A stretch of DNA of 32,000 nt from Candidatus Saccharimonadota bacterium (GTDB taxonomy: Archaea > Micrarchaeota > Micrarchaeia > Micrarchaeales > Micrarchaeaceae). The position numbers and the translations under genes are program-made. Under the pieces are notes generated by a model. The model had not been told where the DNA came from. It saw nothing but the letters and a program-made list of their open reading frames with translations, and searched no databases. The stretch spans positions 120,001-152,000 of the forward strand of contig NZ_CP019964.1 of NCBI RefSeq assembly GCF_002214165.1. The letters run 5' to 3'. Of this stretch, positions 25,656 through 32,000 are shown one piece after another; positions within the stretch are counted from its first letter, which is position 1, and every line of letters starts with the position of its first letter.

Positions 25656-26369
25656 ATGGTATATAGATATAATATACCTGTAAAAGAAGAGATAAAAGAG
25701 ATTGTTATTGCCGATTTAGTGCTGACAATAGCATTCACTTTATCATTAATGGGAGGTCTGTTCAGCAGATCCCCCAATTTCGTAGAACGTTTTGCGATCT
25801 ATCTTCCAGGTATATTTATAATAGTGACACTGACGTTTGTGCTTCACGAGCTAATGCACCGCCAGGTTGCAAAGCATTTCGGTGCAGTTGCAAGCTTCCA
25901 ATACTCAGTCAATGGCTTGTTAATTACCTTAGCTACGGGGGTATTTGGATTCATATTCGGGATTCCCGGTGCCACTGTAATCTATACAAATAATTTTACA
26001 CGTAAAGAAGAGGGCTTAGTATCAATTGCAGGGCCATTGATGAACTTTGCCGTGTTCGTACTGTTTTTTGCAATATTCATAATGTCACCTTATATAAACA
26101 ATTCCTACGTGACTTTAATAGCAGCATTAGGAATGTTCATAAGTATACTTTTAGCCTTTTTCAATATGCTCCCTATAATGCCTTTAGACGGGGCGAAGGT
26201 GCTTAATTGGAATAAAAAGGTTTACTTTAGTTCAATGGTCATAATATTCATACTGATGGCAGTTTCATACCTAATACTTACCGGAAGCATACTAGACATG
26301 TTTATGGAAGTTGCGATAATGATAGTGCTGGCTTCATTCTTTTCGTTATTTTACAGAAGAATTATATGA
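25656..26369 (+). CDS. Site-2 protease family (peptidase M50) intramembrane zinc metalloprotease, minimal form without PDZ.
   Basis: HELMH (HExxH) sits in a TM helix, followed later by FNMLPIMPLDG (the NxxPxxxLDG motif). The protein is polytopic and hydrophobic, 237 aa. SD-like AAGGAG lies about 8 nt upstream. Confidence 0.8.
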   Translation: MVYRYNIPVKEEIKEIVIADLVLTIAFTLSLMGGLFSRSPNFVERFAIYLPGIFIIVTLTFVLHELMHRQVAKHFGAVASFQYSVNGLLITLATGVFGFIFGIPGATVIYTNNFTRKEEGLVSIAGPLMNFAVFVLFFAIFIMSPYINNSYVTLIAALGMFISILLAFFNMLPIMPLDGAKVLNWNKKVYFSSMVIIFILMAVSYLILTGSILDMFMEVAIMIVLASFFSLFYRRII

Positions 26370-26406
26370 CTTCCCCGTTATAAACCGTCTTGGCATATTA
26401 ACATAG

Positions 26407-26415
26407 TTTTAAATA
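26407..26415 (+). promoter_or_regulatory. TATA-like element (TTTTAAATA) for the type IV filament-like operon, with leaderless geometry.
   Basis: Centred about 24 nt upstream of ATG 26435, with no SD. It is the only sizeable non-coding spacer (65 nt) ahead of five tightly packed genes. Confidence 0.45.
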
Positions 26416-26434
26416 CATTAATTGAGAAATTATA

Positions 26435-27769
26435 ATGTGTTTAGTTATGGTTGAAAATCAATCCTCCAAAGCATCTCCGAGTGCAAACAATGCCAATGCC
26501 CCCAACCTGAACGAAGCTAAAACCAATATCGACAGGATGCTGGCGCTTCTCCAGAGCAAAGGCAGAATGGATGTCAATACGCTTGCATTATCATTGGACA
26601 CTCCTGCCTCCGTTATAGATGACTGGGCAAAGATATTGGAATCAGCGAATATGGTAAAAATATCTTACGAATTGGGAAAAATGTACATAGAGCCTTTCAG
26701 CAATGTAGCAAATACCCAGAACATCGACAATATCATAAGCAATAAGCGAGAGCAGTTAAAAAGAGATGTCGATGTCCAATATATACTACTTGAAAAACTG
26801 GTAAACTCCGCAAATTCCACTTCTGCAGATATAAACAGTGCAGAATTCAAATTCTCAAAAGAATACCCACAAATAAGGAAAACAATAAAAAAGCTGAATA
26901 AGACCCTGGCAGAGCTTAATAAATACAACCTGAAAGTAGAAGGATTGAACAAAAACACGTCGGGAGAATACACCAAAGTAAATGCGGATTACCAAAAGCT
27001 GGTTTCTAATATAAATGGGCTGTCTAACGGGCCATTAGAAAATGATCTAAAAACCCTAAATATAAAATTATCAAAAACCCTCGGGGACATACTGTCTAAG
27101 AAGGCTGATTTAGAAAATATTAGGAAGGACAACCTTAAGGAGATAGAAGATATAAAAAGAGATCTCCAATTCCATTATAAAGATGCCTTAACCTCAATAA
27201 ATTCATTCAGCAAATCACTTAATGACCAAGTATTAAAAGCCAGGCAGGAGATAAGTAAGAACATAACTAGTATAAATAAAGATAAAGCAAACTTAAATAC
27301 TGCAATAAAAAGTTATAATACAATGATGTCGCTTTACAACAAAACATCTGGAAAAGTAGATTCTAAAAAAGTAGAGGAAATATATAATTCAAATAAGGCA
27401 AAGATAGATGAGTATACAAACGAGTTCAATAAAGCTTATGACGAAGTATCGGGAAAATTAAATGATATAACAAAGCACTTTGGCGATTTAGGCAATCTAA
27501 ACTCCCAGATACTTAACTTGATTACTGTACTTAATGATTCAAAAACGAGAGTAAAAGATTTAAGAAAGGAGATTAATGATATAAAAAGAGAGGTAGATAC
27601 ATTATCAATAAAAAAGAATGTGTCTAGGGAGGATATTTTGAAGTATGCTGAGATAATAGAAAAACACAGCAAGAAAACCGAAAGTGAAATAAATAACCTT
27701 TCAGACAAAATAAAAACTTCATCTGATGCCCTCTCAAAATCGTTAACTTCGGATGATACTAATGAGTGA
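26435..27769 (+). CDS. Hypothetical protein with an N-terminal winged-helix-like domain plus about 350 aa of predicted coiled coil. First gene of the secretion-ATPase operon.
   Basis: 444 aa. MLALLQSKGRMDVNTLALSLDTPASVIDDWAKILESANMVKISYELGKMYIEP looks like a wHTH. The rest is heptad-like K/N/L/I/E-rich sequence. The 3' end overlaps the ATPase start. Confidence 0.75.
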   Translation: MCLVMVENQSSKASPSANNANAPNLNEAKTNIDRMLALLQSKGRMDVNTLALSLDTPASVIDDWAKILESANMVKISYELGKMYIEPFSNVANTQNIDNIISNKREQLKRDVDVQYILLEKLVNSANSTSADINSAEFKFSKEYPQIRKTIKKLNKTLAELNKYNLKVEGLNKNTSGEYTKVNADYQKLVSNINGLSNGPLENDLKTLNIKLSKTLGDILSKKADLENIRKDNLKEIEDIKRDLQFHYKDALTSINSFSKSLNDQVLKARQEISKNITSINKDKANLNTAIKSYNTMMSLYNKTSGKVDSKKVEEIYNSNKAKIDEYTNEFNKAYDEVSGKLNDITKHFGDLGNLNSQILNLITVLNDSKTRVKDLRKEINDIKREVDTLSIKKNVSREDILKYAEIIEKHSKKTESEINNLSDKIKTSSDALSKSLTSDDTNE

Positions 27770-29438
27770 TTTAGAACCAAAATCAATTATTGATGCCGGT
27801 GATTTAAGGGGTATTGATTCCAGCGGTGCGGATAATATTGAGCCTACGGCAGAGCCAAACCCAAGTCCATCCGTTAACGAAAACCCTAAAAATGAAGATA
27901 ACAATGCCAAGGTCTCTGAAAATAAAGGTAATGAAGGTTCCACACCAACCCAGCAAACAATTCAAGAGTATGATTTAGTTGCAAACGGGTTGGAAGCGCA
28001 CATAACAATATACAAGACTGTTGAGGAGTTCGTTCCAATATATGGAGTCAGTTTCAAGGGGGTGAGCATGGCAACCCGTCTTCTGCTTCTTTCAATGAGG
28101 CGTCCCCTTCTTACTTCGGTTCCTGTAGATTTATCTAAGATAAACGATAAAGATTATGTATCTGATCTGAACAAAAGGTACCTTGCCGCAGCAGAAGTTC
28201 TTATAGACAGGTATCTGCCAAGAATTGAAGAGGGAATCAAAAAGGTTTTATTGTCTTATATACTTAACATGATGTTAGGTTTAGGAGAATTAGAAGTGCC
28301 ATTATCGGACGATTCATTAGAAGAAATTACAGTAAATGGCGCAAATTACAATATCTGGGTATTCCATAAAAAGCTTGGCTGGTTAAAGACTTCACTTAAG
28401 CCAACCAGCGAGGATTCAATATACAATCAAGCAGAGCAGATAGGAAGGAGGGTGGGAAGAGAAATAAATAACCTTACCCCTCTCATGGACGCTGAACTTG
28501 AGGATGGATCAAGAGTTAACGGTACACTATTCCCAATATCACAGTCGGGAAATACTCTTACTATAAGAAAGTTCTCGAAAAATCCTTGGACTATGCCTGC
28601 CTTAATAAAGAACGGATCACTAGACGCCAATTTAGCTTCATTGGTCTGGCTTTGCATACAGAACGAGATAAGTGTATTGATATCTGGGGGAACTGCAAGT
28701 GGTAAAACGAGCTTTTTGAACGCAATGAGCATATTCTTCCCAAGCAATAGAAGGGTTATATCTGTAGAAGATACACGAGAACTTGCCCTGCCGAACTTCT
28801 TGCAATGGGTACCTATGATAACAAGAGAGCCAAACCCTGAAGGAAAGGGAGCAGTCAGCATGTACGATCTGATGATAAACTCATTGAGGCAAAGACCTGA
28901 TATAATAGTCGTCGGAGAAATAAGAGCGGCTGAAGATGCCCAAACCTTGTTCGAAGCAATACACACAGGTCACTCTGTATACGGTACGCTTCACGCAGAT
29001 AATGTGCAGGATACTATTATAAGAATGACAAATCCTCCTATAAACACCCCAAAAATATCAATGAACGCCTTGGGTGTTATAATAACAGTATTCAGGCATA
29101 GGGCAAAAGGGATAAGAAGAGTACTTGAATTTGGTGAACTATTGAGGACAGGAGATGCAAACGTGCTTTACAGATGGAATATAAGGACAGATACATTCAC
29201 AAAGGTAAGTGAGATGACAAGGCTTCAAGAGACCCTGAACTTATATACAGGGATGACCAAGAGCGAAATAGATTCTGATGTAAAGGAGAAATCAGATGTA
29301 TTAAGCTGGATGGCTGCAAATAATATAACTAACGTAGACGATGCAGGTTTTGTAATTGCTAACTACTATAATAACCGAGAAAGGGTTTTGGATATAGTAA
29401 AAGAGAATGCGAAATTTTCAAGAGATAAATTCAAATGA
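27753..29438 (+). CDS. Type II/IV secretion system ATPase (FlaI/ArlI-, PilB-, TadA/EpdL-like hexameric motor).
   Basis: Walker A GGTASGKTS (about 28684-28710). Asp box SVEDTRELALP. Walker B DIIVVGEIR. His box HTGHSVYGTLHA. There is a low-complexity N-terminal extension of about 70 aa. The alternative start ATG 27762 overlaps the upstream stop by 8 nt. Confidence 0.85.
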   Translation: MILMSDLEPKSIIDAGDLRGIDSSGADNIEPTAEPNPSPSVNENPKNEDNNAKVSENKGNEGSTPTQQTIQEYDLVANGLEAHITIYKTVEEFVPIYGVSFKGVSMATRLLLLSMRRPLLTSVPVDLSKINDKDYVSDLNKRYLAAAEVLIDRYLPRIEEGIKKVLLSYILNMMLGLGELEVPLSDDSLEEITVNGANYNIWVFHKKLGWLKTSLKPTSEDSIYNQAEQIGRRVGREINNLTPLMDAELEDGSRVNGTLFPISQSGNTLTIRKFSKNPWTMPALIKNGSLDANLASLVWLCIQNEISVLISGGTASGKTSFLNAMSIFFPSNRRVISVEDTRELALPNFLQWVPMITREPNPEGKGAVSMYDLMINSLRQRPDIIVVGEIRAAEDAQTLFEAIHTGHSVYGTLHADNVQDTIIRMTNPPINTPKISMNALGVIITVFRHRAKGIRRVLEFGELLRTGDANVLYRWNIRTDTFTKVSEMTRLQETLNLYTGMTKSEIDSDVKEKSDVLSWMAANNITNVDDAGFVIANYYNNRERVLDIVKENAKFSRDKFK

Positions 29439-30136
29439 TAAAGGTTGGTATAATGGATGAAGATGTGGATTACGATAAAATCAAGGACTTCATAAATAAT
29501 ATATACGGGAGTTCATCACAGAACCCTACATCCGAATCAACCCCAATAACAATAAACATTTCAGAGGTAGTGGATAATCCAGAATCAAATCAAAATAGGA
29601 TGTCCTATGCAGATGTAATAAAAATGATAAACTCATTGGATTATGGATTATTCAGGAATAACAGGATAACGAATTTATATAATCCCATTGCACCCAGCAA
29701 ATACATAATAGGTGAGCAGACTCAGAGGACAAGGGAGACAACTGCAACCCCAGTGGTGAATATAAGTTCTAGTGCGCAACAGAATCAGGTTGTCAGCGAG
29801 GCTCAGGCCAATCCAGCAAAAGGTATAAAGCTTAAGGACTTGGTTAAAAAAATAAATTACGATGATTTGGTGTTGCCAAGCTTGCCAATCTCTGATCAGA
29901 TATCCGAAATTAATAGAATAAATGACGGATTAAGAAATAACATATTTGACCATGACCATTTAATAATAGTAATGCAAGAGATATATGGGATAAAGAGGAT
30001 TTCCGACAAGGAGAAAAGCGACTTGGGAAGCAAGATGTCAAAGCTTGGTGATGCAGAGAAGGCACTATTAAGCGCAAGAGATGACAAAATAAGCGAGGGG
30101 ATTAACCTTATAGATAAAATGGTAAACGGTGGATGA
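29435..30136 (+). CDS. Hypothetical soluble 233-aa protein between the ATPase and the platform genes.
   Basis: ATGA start/stop overlaps at both ends. No TM segment, no cysteine motif and no family recognisable by eye. The alternative start is ATG 29453. Confidence 0.65.
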   Translation: MIKVGIMDEDVDYDKIKDFINNIYGSSSQNPTSESTPITINISEVVDNPESNQNRMSYADVIKMINSLDYGLFRNNRITNLYNPIAPSKYIIGEQTQRTRETTATPVVNISSSAQQNQVVSEAQANPAKGIKLKDLVKKINYDDLVLPSLPISDQISEINRINDGLRNNIFDHDHLIIVMQEIYGIKRISDKEKSDLGSKMSKLGDAEKALLSARDDKISEGINLIDKMVNGG

Positions 30137-31155
30137 TATTGTATTACAAGGATAACAACAAAGGCAATGCGCAAAATAACGATCCTAATACAAATGCCAC
30201 TCAAATGCCGAACCCCACGCAATCAAATTCATACCAGGTACCCGCAGGAGGTATTGGAGGCACTCCTGAAGATGAATCAAGAAGAAGGGTGCGCAGGGAT
30301 ACAGCATCATTCCAGAGGCCGAGCCGCATAGATCTTTACCTGCAAGGAGTAGCTGCAAAGCATAAAGGGCTGGAACAGTCTTTGAAGGAGCAAGGAATAA
30401 ATGAAAGTGTTACATCTTTCCTAAAACGTATGCTTTTTGCATCAGTTATTGTAGCAGTTTCAATAGGTGTGGTCGGGTTTATACTATTCTTGCATCTAGG
30501 ACTTGTAATTGCATTTGCGGCTTTAGTTGGTATCGTTGTAGGAGTGGCAGCTTTTCAGTTCTCATTTAAGGCCTTCATAAACTATCCAAGCAAGAAGAAG
30601 GTTTCAAATGGGAAGGACATAGAAAGGAACATCCTTTTTGCATCAAGAGACCTTATAATATCACTCCGTTCTGGAATGCCATTATTCAATGCAATGGTAT
30701 CTATAAGTTCTGGATATGGAGCAGCAAGCAGGGAGTTTGCCCATGTAGTAGAGAAAGTTCAGTTCGGTGAATCCTTAGAACAAGCAATAGATGATACAGC
30801 ATCCGAAAGCAAGAGTGCATCTTTCAGGAAGCTCATGATTCAGGCTTCTGTGAGCATAAAAGCAGGTTCAAATATAGTTGACTCTTTGCAGGAGATAGTA
30901 GACGATCTTTCAAGGGAAAGGGTAATACAGCTGCATGCTTATGGGCAAAAGCTGAATGCAATAGCAATGTTCTATATGCTTTTCGGAGTCATACTCCCGA
31001 GCATGGGTATAGCAGTTGTCACTATATTGACAACATTCATAGCACTGATAGTAGTAACCCCAGAACTGCTTTACGGGGTATTGGTAGGTATTATTTTCCT
31101 GCAGGTGGTCTTCTTGCAGATGATAAGGAGTTCAAGGCCTATATTTACAATGTGA
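30133..31155 (+). CDS. Type IV filament inner-membrane platform protein with a single T2SSF domain (TadB/TadC-, EpdJ/K-, half-FlaJ-like).
   Basis: 340 aa. An N-terminal disordered N/Q/P-rich region is followed by 2 TM helices. A cytoplasmic T2SSF-like block (ILFASRDLIISLRSGMPLFNAMVSIS...FGESLEQAIDD...ASVSIKAGSNIVDSLQEIVDDL) and C-terminal TM helices follow. Confidence 0.75.
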   Translation: MILYYKDNNKGNAQNNDPNTNATQMPNPTQSNSYQVPAGGIGGTPEDESRRRVRRDTASFQRPSRIDLYLQGVAAKHKGLEQSLKEQGINESVTSFLKRMLFASVIVAVSIGVVGFILFLHLGLVIAFAALVGIVVGVAAFQFSFKAFINYPSKKKVSNGKDIERNILFASRDLIISLRSGMPLFNAMVSISSGYGAASREFAHVVEKVQFGESLEQAIDDTASESKSASFRKLMIQASVSIKAGSNIVDSLQEIVDDLSRERVIQLHAYGQKLNAIAMFYMLFGVILPSMGIAVVTILTTFIALIVVTPELLYGVLVGIIFLQVVFLQMIRSSRPIFTM

Positions 31156-31159
31156 TACA

Positions 31160-32000
31160 ATGGAGTTTAGATTTGAGCGTTTGGTTTCAAGGAACATCTC
31201 TTACAAGCTGTCGCACTTGCTAGACCTTGCAGGGCTCAAAATGACTGTAAACAAACTCCTGTCATACATGGTAATAGGATCTATACTGCTTATGGTTATA
31301 GTTCCATTTGTGCTGTACTTCATGAAAATAAATATAATATTGGCCATATTATCTGTTGTCATAGCTCCTGCAGTGTACTTGGTAGTAATATACTTTATAT
31401 TGAACTACCTTATAGATAAGAGGAAGTCAATCATGGAGAATTTCCTGCCTGACTATCTGCAGATAACTGCCGCAAACCTAAGAAGCGGTGTGTCTTTGGA
31501 TAGGGCAATGCTGATGGCAGCAAGGCCTGAGTTTGGGCAGTTGAGCCTGGATGTCAAGGAGATGAACAAGAAGATATATGGTGGCGAAACACTTGATGCT
31601 GCCCTTACCGAGCTTGCAAACAGTTATGATTCAACTACATTGAAGCATTCCGTTCGTATGGTATTGGAGGCATATAGGTATGGAGGTGCAATGTCTGACT
31701 TGATTTCACAGATGTCAAAGGACCTTAAAAACCAGCAGCTTACAATGAAAGAGATTTCGGGGCAGCTGCTTATGTACAGCATATTCATAGTATTCGCAGG
31801 GCTTATAGCAGCTCCCGCCATGTATGGCCTTACAAGCCAGATGATTGTTGTTACTGATACAGTATGGAAGGGTATACTGGCAGCCAATCCTGGTGGATTG
31901 CCAACTACAGGGGTATCTTTTCTAAAGCCAAGCCCTCCAAAGATATCCCCACAGACATATCACACGTTCTCATTGATATCAATAATATTTATTACGGGTT
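31160..32000 (+). CDS. Second single-T2SSF-domain platform protein (partial; runs off the window end).
   Basis: Absent from the ORF track because no stop lies in the window. Hand translation from ATG 31160 gives MEFRFERLVSRNISYKLSHLLDLAGLKMTVNKLLSYMVIGSILLMVIVPFVLYF...FLPDYLQITAANLRSGVSLDRAMLMAARPEFGQLSLDVKEMNKKIYGGETLDAALTELA...YGGAMSDLISQMSKDLKNQ...IFIVFAGLIAAPAMYGL. This is the T2SSF pattern with flanking TMs. The gene starts 4 nt after the previous stop. Confidence 0.7.
   Translation, partial: MEFRFERLVSRNISYKLSHLLDLAGLKMTVNKLLSYMVIGSILLMVIVPFVLYFMKINIILAILSVVIAPAVYLVVIYFILNYLIDKRKSIMENFLPDYLQITAANLRSGVSLDRAMLMAARPEFGQLSLDVKEMNKKIYGGETLDAALTELANSYDSTTLKHSVRMVLEAYRYGGAMSDLISQMSKDLKNQQLTMKEISGQLLMYSIFIVFAGLIAAPAMYGLTSQMIVVTDTVWKGILAANPGGLPTTGVSFLKPSPPKISPQTYHTFSLISIIFITG

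Noticed and set aside
25656-26369. Idea that the membrane protease upstream of the filament operon is the missing prepilin peptidase.
   Set aside because: It has HExxH and NxxPxxxLDG motifs, so it is an M50 zinc site-2 protease. Archaeal prepilin/preflagellin peptidases are GxGD aspartyl proteases. It also has its own SD and is separated from the operon by a promoter-containing spacer.
28427-28966. 179-aa minus-strand ORF antisense to the secretion ATPase, and similar antisense ORFs in topA, valS, the coiled-coil gene and the 233-aa gene.
   Set aside because: Each is antisense to a CDS with canonical catalytic motifs (the Walker A/B region in the ATPase case). Long antisense ORFs are expected by chance in stop-poor frames.
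1-32000. Scan for CRISPR arrays, IS/transposase or integrase genes, toxin-antitoxin pairs, rRNA genes and long inverted repeats.
   Set aside because: Nothing qualifying was seen. The only extended repeats are the in-frame modules of the giant gene, and all large ORFs are accounted for. This was a visual scan only, so short or degenerate repeats could have been missed.

Overview
AT-rich, very compact archaeal chromosomal window with about 22 protein genes, one tRNA and short or overlapping intergenic spacers. No rRNA, CRISPR array, transposase or integrase was recognisable. The archaeal assignment rests on two-subunit archaeal PheRS, ribosomal proteins S15 and S3Ae, BRE/TATA-like boxes about 25 nt upstream of several ATGs, and a tRNA-Gln with an A1:U72 pair. 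Lineage cannot be fixed from the sequence. Gene content fits a wall-less acidophile-type Thermoplasmatota or a DPANN/Micrarchaeota-like genome.

Housekeeping genes are pheS, pheT, valS, rps15, rps3ae, a type IA topoisomerase, a TrmI-like methyltransferase and a Tes/MJ0619-family radical SAM enzyme. They are interleaved with envelope functions:
- a 2805-aa sequon-rich mosaic surface protein with a C-terminal membrane anchor;
- a signal-peptide protein co-transcribed with pheST;
- a pair of half-size DMT/SMR-like transporters;
- an 812-aa membrane-anchored protein ending in a J domain;
- an M50 site-2 protease.

The best candidate for an undescribed system is a tightly overlapping operon at 26.4-32.0 kb. 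It encodes a wHTH plus long coiled-coil protein, a FlaI/PilB/TadA-type secretion ATPase, an unrecognisable soluble protein, and two separate single-domain T2SSF (TadB/TadC- or EpdJ/EpdK-like) platform proteins. No pilin or prepilin peptidase lies in the window.

Other second-look items:
- tRNA-Gln(CUG) has a 28-nt D-loop, suggesting a non-canonical intron.
- The conserved PheT N-terminus is encoded upstream of any ATG/GTG/TTG.
- A cysteine-free partner gene is SD-coupled to the Tes-like gene.

All calls come from reading the sequence and ORF translations by eye. No searches or structure predictions were run.
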